Below are positions 19,387 to 28,821 of a stretch of 64,000 nt of DNA, one piece after another. Source of the DNA: Candidatus Sericytochromatia bacterium (GTDB taxonomy: Bacteria; Cyanobacteriota; Sericytochromatia; S15B-MN24; UBA4093). Position numbers and translations under genes: made by a program. How positions within the stretch are numbered: the first letter of the stretch is position 1; each line of letters begins with the position of its first letter. The stretch covers positions 32,001 through 96,000 of the forward strand of contig JAKFBU010000039.1 in assembly GCA_036676985.1 (NCBI GenBank). The letters are read 5' to 3'. The notes under the pieces were generated by a model, which did not search any database, was not told the DNA's origin, and saw nothing but the letters and a program-made list of their open reading frames with translations.

Positions 19387-20355
19387 ATGAATCCCACCCA
19401 GCATACTCCCTTGCCCCTCAGAGAGGTAGTCAGGCCGACGAACCTGTTCGAGAGCGATCGCCTCTCGGCCGCCCTCGGCGTGTCGCTCACCATCGCGAGC
19501 GAGACGGGCCAGCACACGGGCAGCTTCAAGTTTCGGGCCGCCTACAACGTCGCGCTCACCGTGCCGCAGGACCTGATCATCACGGCGTCGTCGGGCAACT
19601 TCGGTCAGGCACTCGCCTATGCGTGCCGGCTGCTCGGCAAGGCCTGCATCGTGGTCATGCCGACCACCTCCGCCAAGGTCAAGATGGAGGCCGTCGCGCG
19701 CTACGGCGGCCGGGTGGAGCTGGTGGACACCACGGTCAAGACGCGCGCCGCGCGGGTCGCGGAGCTGGCCGCCGAGCATCCCGAGGCCTACGTCGCGAGC
19801 TCCTACGACGATCCGCTGGTCATCGCTGGCAACGCGAGCCTGGGCACGGAGCTTGCCGCCTGCGGGCGCGACTTCGACCGCATCGTCGTGCCGGTGGGCG
19901 GCGGCGGGCTGTCGGCGGGCGTGGTCACGGGTCTGCGCGAGGCGGGCAGCGCCATCCCCGTGATCGGGGCGGAGCCCTTGCTCGCAAACGACGCGGCGCG
20001 CTCCTTGCGCGCGGGGCGGATCGTGAGCAACGAAGGCGAGCCGTTGACGCTCGCGGACGGCGCGCGGACCGTGAGCCTCGGCCGGCACAACTGGGAGGTC
20101 CTGAAGGACGGCCTGCGGGATCTCATCGAGGTGCCCGAGGAGCGGATCCGCGAGGCGGTGGGGCTCTTTGCGCGGCTCGCGGAGCACCGGGTGGAGCCGA
20201 CGGGTGCCTTGACGCTCGCGGCCGTCCTGACGTGGCCCGAGGAGTTTCGGTGCCAACGCGTGTGCGTCATCGTGAGCGGCGGGAACGTGGACGCGGATGT
20301 TTACGAGCGCTTGATCTCGGACTCGGTGGCTGGGACTTTCAAAGGGATTTTATAA
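19387..20355 (+). CDS. PLP-dependent threonine/serine dehydratase-family enzyme
   Basis: TGSFKFR, SSGNFGQ, VPVGGGGL, TLADG, VEPTGA, VSGGNVD. Confidence 0.9.
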   Translation: MNPTQHTPLPLREVVRPTNLFESDRLSAALGVSLTIASETGQHTGSFKFRAAYNVALTVPQDLIITASSGNFGQALAYACRLLGKACIVVMPTTSAKVKMEAVARYGGRVELVDTTVKTRAARVAELAAEHPEAYVASSYDDPLVIAGNASLGTELAACGRDFDRIVVPVGGGGLSAGVVTGLREAGSAIPVIGAEPLLANDAARSLRAGRIVSNEGEPLTLADGARTVSLGRHNWEVLKDGLRDLIEVPEERIREAVGLFARLAEHRVEPTGALTLAAVLTWPEEFRCQRVCVIVSGGNVDADVYERLISDSVAGTFKGIL

Positions 20356-20503
20356 GGAGAACCCCCCCAGCCCCCCTCTAGAGGGGGGTGTAAGGATCAT
20401 GGATGGGTAGAAAGCACGGTGGCTCCTTAGGATCTGGGCTGAAGTAACCGCTCCCGGTGGCTTCCCCCCCTCTAGAGGGGGGGTAGGGGGGGTCCTCCTT
20501 GTT
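20355..20503. repeat. Palindromic intergenic element, copy A of the CCCCCCTCTAGAGGGGGG family
   Basis: Inverted arms, each containing cccccctctagagggggg; close match to 50529-50683. Confidence 0.85.
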
Positions 20504-20504
20504 C

Positions 20505-20957
20505 CTAAACCGTCTCTTCAATCCCCAGTAGCTCGATATCGAACACCAGGTTGGAGTTCGGCGGGATCATGCCCGCCCGCCGCTCGCCGTACCCCAGCGG
20601 GGCCGGGATCAGCACCCGGCGCTTCTCGCCCACCTTCATCTGGGCGACCTCCTGGTCCCAGCCCGTGATGACCTCGCCTCGACCCAGCCGGAACACAAAG
20701 GGCCGCCCCCGATCCACCGAGCTGTCGAACTTGCGGCCGTCCTCCAGCCAGCCCGTGTAGTGCACCCGCACCCGCGACCCGCGCGCGGGCACCGGCCCGT
20801 CGCCGGGCTGCAGGATCTTCACGAGGACGCCCGCCTCGTCGGCCTCCATGCCCGTGAGGTCGAGCGGCGTGGGCTTTTCGGCCCACCGGATGCGCTTCGC
20901 GACAAACCAGATGACGATACAGAGGACGACTAGGATCAGAAGCTGTTGGGTGTTCAT
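20505..20957 (-). CDS. Membrane-anchored FKBP-type peptidyl-prolyl isomerase
   Basis: VHYTGWL.DGRKFDSS, VITGWD, MKVGEKR, LGYG, IPPNSNLVFDIEL; N-terminal TM helix. Confidence 0.93.
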   Translation of the reverse strand: MNTQQLLILVVLCIVIWFVAKRIRWAEKPTPLDLTGMEADEAGVLVKILQPGDGPVPARGSRVRVHYTGWLEDGRKFDSSVDRGRPFVFRLGRGEVITGWDQEVAQMKVGEKRRVLIPAPLGYGERRAGMIPPNSNLVFDIELLGIEETV

Positions 20958-21983
20958 CTAGGCGGGCACCTTTCCTCGGAACAGACGGTAGATGGTGATG
21001 AAGTAGACGACGGCAAGCACGATGCCGATGGTCCACCATACCAGACCCACGGCCATGCCGTAGCGGGACGTGGCCGCCTCGTAGATGGTCAGGTTGCGGG
21101 CCGGATCCGTCGCCAGGAGCACGTTGGGATACGCCGTGAAGCCCGCACTCGTCATCATCCCCACGATGTAGGCCGACGAGCCCGCGAAGGCCAGCTTCTC
21201 GCGCCCCGTAAAGGAGGCCACGCCCATCATGACGAGGCCCGCGATCGCCACCAGCGGCAGCACGAAGCCCCAGGGCCGCTCGACGAAGTTCCCCCACAAG
21301 GTCGGACGCACGTAGAACGTGGCCCAGGTGGCCAGCGCCGTGAGCACGATGGTCGCCATCCAGCCCATCCGGGCGATGCGGCGGCTGCGGGCGTTCAGCT
21401 CGCCCGTCGTCTTGACGACGATCCAGTTGGCGCCGTGCATCACCAGCGTCGCCACCCCCAACAGGCCGATGAGCACCGTGTACCAGTCGAGGACGCCCGG
21501 CCGCGGGCTCAAGGGGTTGAAGTCCGTCCACAGGGCCACGAAGAAGTAGCCGTTCTCGCCGATGGGCACCCCGCGCATGATGTTGCCGAGCGCCGTCCCG
21601 AAGAACAGGGCCAACAGCGAGCTCCCGATGAAGAAGGTCGTGTCCCAGAACGACTCCCACATGGGGTGCCGGACGTGGGCCCGCAGCTCGATAGCCACCC
21701 CGCGCAGCATCAAGAGCCAGAGGACGATCATCAAGGGCAGGTAGAAGCCGCTGAAGCTGACGGCGTAGAGCAGCGGAAAGGCGAAGAAGAGCGTGCCGCC
21801 CGCCGCGATGAGCCAGACCTCGTTGCCGTCCCAGACCGGCCCGATGGCCTTCAGGATGGTGTGCCGCTCGGGGTCGGACTTGGCGGCGAGCAGGTGGATG
21901 GTTCCCGCCCCCAGGTCGAAGCCGTCCAGGACCACGTACATGATGAGCATCGCGAGGACCAGGACGAACCACAGGGTCTCCAT
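20958..21983 (-). CDS. cydB: Cytochrome bd ubiquinol oxidase subunit II
   Basis: LDGFDLGAG, PVWDGNEVWLI, RGVAIE. Confidence 0.95.
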   Translation of the reverse strand: METLWFVLVLAMLIMYVVLDGFDLGAGTIHLLAAKSDPERHTILKAIGPVWDGNEVWLIAAGGTLFFAFPLLYAVSFSGFYLPLMIVLWLLMLRGVAIELRAHVRHPMWESFWDTTFFIGSSLLALFFGTALGNIMRGVPIGENGYFFVALWTDFNPLSPRPGVLDWYTVLIGLLGVATLVMHGANWIVVKTTGELNARSRRIARMGWMATIVLTALATWATFYVRPTLWGNFVERPWGFVLPLVAIAGLVMMGVASFTGREKLAFAGSSAYIVGMMTSAGFTAYPNVLLATDPARNLTIYEAATSRYGMAVGLVWWTIGIVLAVVYFITIYRLFRGKVPA

Positions 21984-22014
21984 GGCCGCCTCCTTCCCAA
22001 GAACCCCCAGGCGC

Positions 22015-23370
22015 CTAACTGACGGACTGCGCCTCGCCGGGCGCCATCGGCCTCGTCTCAGGGCCATGGGCTATCTCGCGCAACACCAGCGCCAGGAACA
22101 AGAGGCCCAAGAGCGCGTACATGCCGAGGAACCCGAGGAACGTGAACCAGATGTTGCCGCTCGAGACGTTGGGCGACACGCCCTCCACCGTCCGGAGGAG
22201 ACCCGTGACCAGGTAGGGCTGCCGGCCGAGCTCCGCCACCATCCAGCCCGCGGTGTTGGCGATGTACGGGAAGGGGATGCTCAGCATCAGGATCCAGAGC
22301 AGCCAGCCCGTGTCGTAGAGCTTGCGACTCCATAACAGCAGGACGCTGAGGCCCATGATGGCGATGAAGAAGGTCCCGAGCCCGACCATGATGTGGTAGC
22401 TGTAGTACAGGAGCGGGATGTTGTCCGGCCACTGGTTCTCCGGAAACGAGTCCAGGCCCTTGATCTCGGCTCCCCAATTCTGATAGGTGAGGAAGCTGAG
22501 CGCGTACGGGACGATGAGCGGGTTGTCCAGGCGCTTGTTGACCATGTCCGGCTGGCCGAGGATGGCGATGCCGGCGCCTCGCTCGGTCCTGAAGAGCCCC
22601 TCCATGGCCGCGAGCTTGATGGGCTGCTTGTGCGTGACCTGACGACCCGCCAGGTCACCGCTCGGATACAGCTGGAACACCGAGGCGATGAAGCCCGCGA
22701 TGACGCCGACCTTCACGAAGACGCGGCCGTACTCCATGTGCTGCTTGGCGAGCAGGTAGTAGGCGCCGATGGCCGCCATGAAGAAGGAGGCCGTCACCAC
22801 CGACGCGCTCTGGTTGTGCATGAACTGCACGAACGCCCAGGGGTTGGTCAACAGCGCCCAGTAGTCGGCCAGCTCCACCTCGCCGGTGGGCAAGACCTTG
22901 TGGCCCACGGGGGACTGCATCCAGGCGTTGGTGACGATGATGAACCACCCCGACGCCCAGGTGCCGAGAAAGACCATGAGCGAGGAGATCCAGTGGACCT
23001 TCTGGCCGAAGCGATGCTCCCCGAACAGGAAGAGGCCCAGGAACGCGGACTCGAGGAAGAAGGCGTAGGCTCCCTCCATGGCGAGCGTCTGGGCGATGAT
23101 CCCGCCCGCGAAGGCGGAGAACTGGGCCCAGTTGGTGCCGAACTGGAACTCCATGGGGATGCCCGTGACCACGCCGATGACAAAGTTGACGGCGAAGATC
23201 TTGGCCCAGAACCGCGCCCCGTTGTTGTAGAGCTCGTTCCGGGTGCGCATGTACATCGACTTCAGGGCGAAGATGAGCAGCGCCAGCCCCATGGTGAGCT
23301 GGGGGAACAGGTAATGGAAGGTGATCGTGAACGCGAACTGCCACCGGGCGATGAGTGTCGGATCGTCCAT
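22015..23370 (-). CDS. cydA: Cytochrome bd ubiquinol oxidase subunit I (short Q-loop)
   Basis: RWQFAFTITFHYLF, EFQFGTNW, QPIKLAAMEG, GWMVAELGRQP. Confidence 0.95.
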   Translation of the reverse strand: MDDPTLIARWQFAFTITFHYLFPQLTMGLALLIFALKSMYMRTRNELYNNGARFWAKIFAVNFVIGVVTGIPMEFQFGTNWAQFSAFAGGIIAQTLAMEGAYAFFLESAFLGLFLFGEHRFGQKVHWISSLMVFLGTWASGWFIIVTNAWMQSPVGHKVLPTGEVELADYWALLTNPWAFVQFMHNQSASVVTASFFMAAIGAYYLLAKQHMEYGRVFVKVGVIAGFIASVFQLYPSGDLAGRQVTHKQPIKLAAMEGLFRTERGAGIAILGQPDMVNKRLDNPLIVPYALSFLTYQNWGAEIKGLDSFPENQWPDNIPLLYYSYHIMVGLGTFFIAIMGLSVLLLWSRKLYDTGWLLWILMLSIPFPYIANTAGWMVAELGRQPYLVTGLLRTVEGVSPNVSSGNIWFTFLGFLGMYALLGLLFLALVLREIAHGPETRPMAPGEAQSVS

Positions 23371-23497
23371 CGTGACCTCTTCGGAGCCGTCGACTCGGCT
23401 ACACCGAACAGGACGATAGCGGGCGCCTGGAGGTCAGGCTACGTTCCCATCGCCAAAGGTCATGGGCATGGCGCCAGGACCCGTGCGGTTCGGGGCT

Positions 23498-24352
23498 CTA
23501 GAGGTCCCCGAACTGAACGAGGGTTCCGAAGCGCTCGTCCGTTTCGATCTCGTAAACCGGCGCCGTGGTCGGGCTCGCGGTCTTGTCGTTGAAGCCGATG
23601 AGGGTGTAGGCCCCGGCGATCGCCCCCTCGGGGGTCACGAAGGCGACGGACTGGACGTCGGCGTACTTGCGATCGCCGAGCACCAGGTGGTTGCGCTGGT
23701 TCGTAAAAAGGAAGCCCACCGGCTCCTCGCCCGCCTGCAAGGCGAAGACGAGCGGCGCGTCGTCGAACGCGAAGGGGCGCGCGGGGTAGCGGCGCTGGAG
23801 GTAGCGTCCCAGCTGGTCGAGGTACTCGCCGTAGGCATCCGTCACGCCGGCGCCCGGCAGGCCGGTCAGGAGCTCGAAGGAGAGGCCGGTCGAGCGGGCC
23901 CGCAGGGTCGTGGGCTTGAAGACTTCGGGAGTGACCGACAGGGTGACGGGCCCCGAGTAGTTGAAGGTGTAGCCCGTCTTGCCCGAGGCCAGGAGCGCCC
24001 GCATCTCGATGTTGAGGTCCGTCCGATCCTTGGAGGTGCCGAGGAAGGAGAGGACGTAGGCGGTGCTGTCGCCGGACCCGATGCGCAGGCCGACGGGGTT
24101 GGCGTGGAGGTTGAAGAAGTCGATGTCCTTGCGGCGGCTGGCGTCGTCGGCCGTCTTCTGGGCGCCGGCCAGTAGGCCGCTCAGGACGCTCGCGGGCACC
24201 GCGCTCGGCGCGAGGAACTGGACCGGAAGCTCGCCCTTTGCCTCGAGGGTCGCCGTGGCGGCCGTCCGGATCGAGGACTGGGGCAGGCCGCAGCCGACCG
24301 ACAGGGCTACCACGCCCGCCATGAGCCCGACCAACATCGCCTTGCGCGTCAT
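23498..24352 (-). CDS. Putative lipoprotein of unknown function
   Basis: Lipobox-like SVGC after a hydrophobic leader; RBS GGAGGA. Confidence 0.75.
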   Translation of the reverse strand: MTRKAMLVGLMAGVVALSVGCGLPQSSIRTAATATLEAKGELPVQFLAPSAVPASVLSGLLAGAQKTADDASRRKDIDFFNLHANPVGLRIGSGDSTAYVLSFLGTSKDRTDLNIEMRALLASGKTGYTFNYSGPVTLSVTPEVFKPTTLRARSTGLSFELLTGLPGAGVTDAYGEYLDQLGRYLQRRYPARPFAFDDAPLVFALQAGEEPVGFLFTNQRNHLVLGDRKYADVQSVAFVTPEGAIAGAYTLIGFNDKTASPTTAPVYEIETDERFGTLVQFGDL

Positions 24353-24451
24353 GCCATCCTCCTTCGCCTTAGGATCTTAACTTAAAGATAACCCATCTCC
24401 CGCTTCAGTGGAAGGGGGTTTGGTGAGCGTTCAGGCCGTGTTCAGAGCGAA

Positions 24452-24481
24452 TTGACGCACGAATGCCCGCTCGCCTACAAT
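24452..24481 (+). promoter_or_regulatory. Sigma70-type promoter
   Basis: TTGACG-N18-TACAAT, 35 nt upstream of ATG 24517. Confidence 0.55.
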
Positions 24482-24516
24482 GAGCAAGTTAACCTCGTCT
24501 TAAATGCGGAGGTCCC

Positions 24517-25116
24517 ATGCGTCGCTGGATTCCCCTGATGGCCTTGGTGCTCGCAGGCTGCGGCACGGTCGGCCAGGCTCCCCGGCTCGAGACGGCGGAC
24601 GCTTCCCGCCCGCAGGCGCTCGTCGAGCCCTCGGACTCGCAGGCCAAGGCGGACAAGAAGGCCCACAAGTGGGCCGAGGACGCTCGCCAGGTGGGCGTGG
24701 GCTACGCCTTCTACCGATCGACGCTCCTGAGCGGGACGACCCACGTCTATCACTCCAAGCAGCTGAACCAGGTATACATCGTGGCGTTCGCGGGCACGAG
24801 CTGGATCAGCAAGGACCGCGTGGACCAGGACGGCAAGCACGCGGCGATCGCGCGCCTGCTGGGCACGGTGAAGACGACGGGCGCCTCGGCCAAGGTCGTC
24901 TACGAGGAGGCCAAGCGCGCGGGCCTCGGCGAGGAGAAGGTGACCATCGGCGGTCTGATCCAGCCGCCCTTGCCGCTGGTGCCGAGCCTGTGGACCTTTC
25001 ATGTGTACAAGCCGCAGGTGTTCCTGAACGCCCAGACGGGCAAGCCGCTCCTGAGCATCACGAGCCGCCAGGTGTCCGATTACCTGGTGCCCGAGTGGTT
25101 CGATCCCGAGATTTAA
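24517..25116 (+). CDS. Putative lipoprotein of unknown function
   Basis: LAGC lipobox; RBS GGAGG. Confidence 0.78.
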   Translation: MRRWIPLMALVLAGCGTVGQAPRLETADASRPQALVEPSDSQAKADKKAHKWAEDARQVGVGYAFYRSTLLSGTTHVYHSKQLNQVYIVAFAGTSWISKDRVDQDGKHAAIARLLGTVKTTGASAKVVYEEAKRAGLGEEKVTIGGLIQPPLPLVPSLWTFHVYKPQVFLNAQTGKPLLSITSRQVSDYLVPEWFDPEI

Positions 25117-25118
25117 AA

Positions 25119-25193
25119 GGGAACCGTTTGCCCCCCTTCGACAAGCTCAGGACAGGCTTCGACAGGCTCAAGACAAACGGTTTTGTTGTGGGG
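25119..25193. repeat. Third copy of the TTCGAC(A)AGCTCA hairpin family, with internal duplication
   Basis: gggaaccgtttg..ttcgacaagctcagg acagg cttcgacaggctcaagacaaacggttttgttgtgggg matches the reverse complement of the 13233 unit. Confidence 0.75.
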
Positions 25194-25225
25194 ACAGGGA
25201 AAAAGCGTCCATCCCCAAAAGACTT

Positions 25226-25253
25226 AACCGGCCGCCCCTCGGGGCGGCCGGTT
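25226..25253. terminator. Terminator hairpin between convergent genes
   Basis: aaccggccgccc-ctcg-gggcggccggtt. Confidence 0.65.
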
Positions 25254-25271
25254 CGATTTCTTGATGTCCGA

Positions 25272-26234
25272 CTAGCGCTTGAAGATGGCGTTCTCCACCG
25301 TGTTCGTGAGCTTCTTGCGGAACATCTTCTCGTACAGGTAGCCGAGGCCCATGCCGGCGGCGATACCGATGGCCGTCCCCACGAACGGGATGGGGATCAG
25401 GGTCCCGATGGCCGCACCCGCGAAGGTGCTCGCCGAGCCGATGACGGTGTAAGCGCCGGTGTCGGCGACGAAGCCGCTCACGGCCTGCTTGCCCGTGGCC
25501 TTGCCGGTCATGAAGGCCAGGCCGTTGGTCACGGCCGAGGTGATGCCGGCGAACAGGAAGTTCCGCTTGAGGCCGCTCACGGCCGCCTGGAACCCGGCGC
25601 TCGCGGCGTTCTTGAGCGACTGGAAGGCGTTGCCGATCGCACCGCCGACGCCGCTACCGCCGCTGATGCCGCCCGCGAGGCCCTCGTCGACCATCATGCC
25701 GCCCGAGCCGAAATCGCCGGGGATGTCGGTGGGGATGTCGGACGGCAGGCCGCCGATCTCGCCGGGGATGGCACCGCCGCCGGAGCCGGGGTTGAAGAAC
25801 CCGCCGCCTACTCCGCCGCCGCCGAAGCCGCCGCCGAGACCGAGCCGATCAGCGATCCAGGTACCGACTTTGGCCAGCAGGGGCGAGCCAACGCGGACGG
25901 CACCGGGGAGATCGAGGCTGTCACCAGGACGGGGATTGGGGCGCGGAGTGGGGCTGGGCGGGGTCGGCCGGGGCGTGGGCGCCGGGGGCGTCGGACGGGG
26001 GGTCGACGACGACTTGGGGGGCAGCCGCAGCACCTGGCCGGGGTAGATCAGGTGGGGGTTGGAGCCGATGGTGGTCTTGTTCAGGTTGTAGATCTCGCGC
26101 CACCGATCCTCGTCGCCGAGTTGGGTGCGCGCAATCCCGTAGAGCGTGTCGCCCTTCTTCACCGTGTAGGAACGGTAGGCGACGGCGCGGGTCGACTGGA
26201 CCGATGCGGCGCTCAGCGTGTTCTGGATTGCCAT
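25272..26234 (-). CDS. LysM protein with Pro-rich and Gly-rich linkers and C-terminal glycine-zipper membrane segment
   Basis: YTVKKGDTLYGIA...IYNLN...NPHLIYPGQVLRLP; GAAIGTLIPIPFVGTAIGIAAG; RBS GGAGG. Confidence 0.85.
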   Translation of the reverse strand: MAIQNTLSAASVQSTRAVAYRSYTVKKGDTLYGIARTQLGDEDRWREIYNLNKTTIGSNPHLIYPGQVLRLPPKSSSTPRPTPPAPTPRPTPPSPTPRPNPRPGDSLDLPGAVRVGSPLLAKVGTWIADRLGLGGGFGGGGVGGGFFNPGSGGGAIPGEIGGLPSDIPTDIPGDFGSGGMMVDEGLAGGISGGSGVGGAIGNAFQSLKNAASAGFQAAVSGLKRNFLFAGITSAVTNGLAFMTGKATGKQAVSGFVADTGAYTVIGSASTFAGAAIGTLIPIPFVGTAIGIAAGMGLGYLYEKMFRKKLTNTVENAIFKR

Positions 26235-26505
26235 TGCGAGACCTCCTGTTCGCGAGGGGTTATGCAACGGTTATAGGGTGGTAAATGAACAGCTTGCTAA
26301 AGATGAAGAAACTTTTTACATTCTCCGGCCCCCAATGTGCGGCCATTTCGCATGTCAACAACCTCACAACAGCGCAACACGGTTACGAACCCCCGAGGTC
26401 ACATTGTCACCATCTTCGCCAGAGGACAGACAAACATCCTAAAATCAGAGCTTTTGCCCATTTCCCACACGGTGGCAGGATGACGCCAAATGAGGTAAGT
26501 TGCCT

Positions 26506-27231
26506 ATGATGTCTCATCAACAACTATTGCTTGCCATCGACGACCTCAACCGCGAGCTGGCGCCCCTGCGCTTCGCGGAGCCGGTGAGTCACGTCTACAA
26601 CCCTCTCGTCTACGCACGATCCGGCTACGAGGCCTACCTTAACCTGGCGGGAAATGGGCCCAAACGCGCCTTCTTCCTCGGCATGAACCCGGGCCCCTGG
26701 GGCATGGCCCAGACGGGCGTTCCCTTCGGCGAGCCGCGAATCGTCCGGGAGTGGCTAGGCATCGAGGCGGAGATCGGCAAGCCCGACCCGGAACACCCCA
26801 AGCGTCCCATCCTCGGCTTCGACTGCCCGCGGGCCGAGGTCAGCGGCAGCCGGGTCTGGGGCGCCATCCGGACCCACTTTGAGACGCCCGAGCGCTTCTT
26901 CGAGCGGTATTTCCTCGCCAACTACTGTCCCTTGATCTTCATGGAGGCCTCGGCTCGCAACCGCACTCCGGACAAGCTTCCCGCCAAGGAGCGGCAGGCG
27001 CTGTTTGCGGCATGCGATCGCTACCTGCTGCGCACCGTGGAGATCCTGCGGCCCGAGTGGGTGATTGGCATCGGCACCTTCGCCGAGCAGCGGGCCCGCC
27101 TCGTCCTGGCGGGAACGGGCGTCCGGATCGGACGCATCCTCCATCCCAGCCCCGCCAATCCCGCGACCAACCAGGGCTGGGCCAAGGTCGTGGCCCGCGA
27201 GCTCACGGAGCTGGGACTCTGTCCCCTCTAG
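26506..27231 (+). CDS. SMUG1-type (family 3) uracil-DNA glycosylase
   Basis: YNPL, GMNPGPWGMAQTGVPFG, EVSG, NYCPL, HPSP. Confidence 0.92.
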   Translation: MMSHQQLLLAIDDLNRELAPLRFAEPVSHVYNPLVYARSGYEAYLNLAGNGPKRAFFLGMNPGPWGMAQTGVPFGEPRIVREWLGIEAEIGKPDPEHPKRPILGFDCPRAEVSGSRVWGAIRTHFETPERFFERYFLANYCPLIFMEASARNRTPDKLPAKERQALFAACDRYLLRTVEILRPEWVIGIGTFAEQRARLVLAGTGVRIGRILHPSPANPATNQGWAKVVARELTELGLCPL

Positions 27232-27358
27232 TCGCTCTGCGTTAGGACATCCTGCCCAATAGTCCTCGGTCGTTTTGGTCAATCCGCCGCATACGGGCCC
27301 TCCCGGTGCGGGTCCATACTGGATCCGTCGTGGCCTGGAAGGCCGAGGAGGTGGACGG

Positions 27359-28063
27359 ATGAAGCTGAGCGAAGCGGCGTGTCACCTGGGGATCGGGCTG
27401 GTAGCAGGCCTCGTGGGGACGGCGGCCATTACCGCCTCGCAGATGATCGAGATGCGGATCCGGGGTCGAAAGCAAAGCACGACCCCGGCCAAGGCCGTCG
27501 AGAAGGTGCTCGGCATCGAGCCGATCAATCGACTGGCCGAGGAACGGCTCTCGACCCTCACCCACTGGGGCTACGGCACGGGCTGGGGAACGTTCCGGAG
27601 CGTGCTCGGCGTGATCGGGGTCCACGGCCCCGTGGCGAACGGCCTGCACACGGGCGCCATCTACGGGACGGCCCTGGTGATGCTGCCCTCGCTCAAGGTC
27701 GCCCCTCCCGCGAGGGAGTGGGGCCTCAAGGAGCTCGGGATCGAGTTGTTCCATCATGCGGTCTATGGCATGGCGGCCGGGACGACCTATGACATTCTCT
27801 GCCAGCGCGCCTTGGGGACGTCGAAGGGCCGATCCGCCTGGAACCTCTTGGTCGGCGGCTTGACGGCCATCGGACTCCGGCAGCTGAGCCAGTCGCTCGA
27901 GCAGCGGCGGCGGGCGCGCGGGCCTCTGGCGCGATCGCGCCGGATCGCGAGCGTCGTCTGGCAGCGCGACTGGCCCCGGGCGATCCGCGAGTTCGACGCC
28001 TTGCGCCGCGATCTCACGCCGACGGGCTTGGCGTCCGTGTCGATGACGCGCGTCCGCCACTAG
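27359..28063 (+). CDS. Hypothetical membrane protein
   Basis: GLVAGLVGTAA, HWGYG, HHAVYG helices; RBS GGAGG. Confidence 0.7.
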   Translation: MKLSEAACHLGIGLVAGLVGTAAITASQMIEMRIRGRKQSTTPAKAVEKVLGIEPINRLAEERLSTLTHWGYGTGWGTFRSVLGVIGVHGPVANGLHTGAIYGTALVMLPSLKVAPPAREWGLKELGIELFHHAVYGMAAGTTYDILCQRALGTSKGRSAWNLLVGGLTAIGLRQLSQSLEQRRRARGPLARSRRIASVVWQRDWPRAIREFDALRRDLTPTGLASVSMTRVRH

Positions 28064-28080
28064 TCGCTTGGCGTGGAGCA

Positions 28081-28109
28081 CGATCCCCGCCCGGTTCGGG
28101 CGGGGATCG
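28081..28109. terminator. Bidirectional terminator hairpin
   Basis: cgatccccgccc-ggttc-gggcggggatcg between convergent genes. Confidence 0.65.
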
Positions 28110-28114
28110 TACGT

Positions 28115-28660
28115 TTAGAAGCTGTACGAGCCGCCGAGCTCGACGGTCCCCATGGTGCCCTGGGCGGACCCTCCCTGGGCTGACAGGGAGGGCAGCTGCG
28201 TAAAGGACAGCGTGAGCTCCACCGAGACGTTGGCGGAAGGCCGGAAGCCGAGTGCCAGGCTGGGTCCGAAGCCCCAGGATGAGGCCAGGGCTTGCGGGCT
28301 CGTCACCATCCAAAGGCCCCGGACATCCAGCGCCGGCGTCACGTAGAACTGGCTGGACAAGGCGAGCGGCAGGCCCACCTGCAACGTCGGGTCGAAGAAC
28401 GCGTAACTCGCTCCCTGCGTGAAGTCGCGGGTGTAGGCGTAGTCCAGCGCGAGGCCGATCTGGAACGGCCGGATCCCGAAGTTGCTCCCGAAGACCTGGA
28501 CACTGCCGCCGTAGCTCGTGGAGGTCGGCGCTGACGCGGGGCCGGTGATCGAAAGCGTCCGGAGCTTGGGCAGGCTAATCCCCACTCCGGCCGCCTGAGC
28601 GGGCTGGGCCAGAATCCCGACGGCCATGAGCGTCAGGAACCATCGACTGTGTGCGTGCAT
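28115..28660 (-). CDS. Small outer-membrane beta-barrel protein
   Basis: Signal peptide (AQA), alternating strands, C-terminal GGSYSF. Confidence 0.7.
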   Translation of the reverse strand: MHAHSRWFLTLMAVGILAQPAQAAGVGISLPKLRTLSITGPASAPTSTSYGGSVQVFGSNFGIRPFQIGLALDYAYTRDFTQGASYAFFDPTLQVGLPLALSSQFYVTPALDVRGLWMVTSPQALASSWGFGPSLALGFRPSANVSVELTLSFTQLPSLSAQGGSAQGTMGTVELGGSYSF

Positions 28661-28821
28661 CGTGCCTCCTCGCCGCATGAAATCACCAAGCGGGCTATAC
28701 CCATGTGACAAGCAACCGAACCTTTGGGGCCCTGCTGTCGTCACAGACTAGCGAGCCTCAGTTTGACGACGGTTGGACCCGGGAACAAAGCGCACGATTG
28801 GCGCGCACTAAGGAGAAACTC

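Noticed and set aside
26235-26505. Riboswitch (c-di-AMP or c-di-GMP) upstream of the LysM gene
   Set aside because: I could not match the conserved consensus segments by eye; an Rfam scan is needed.
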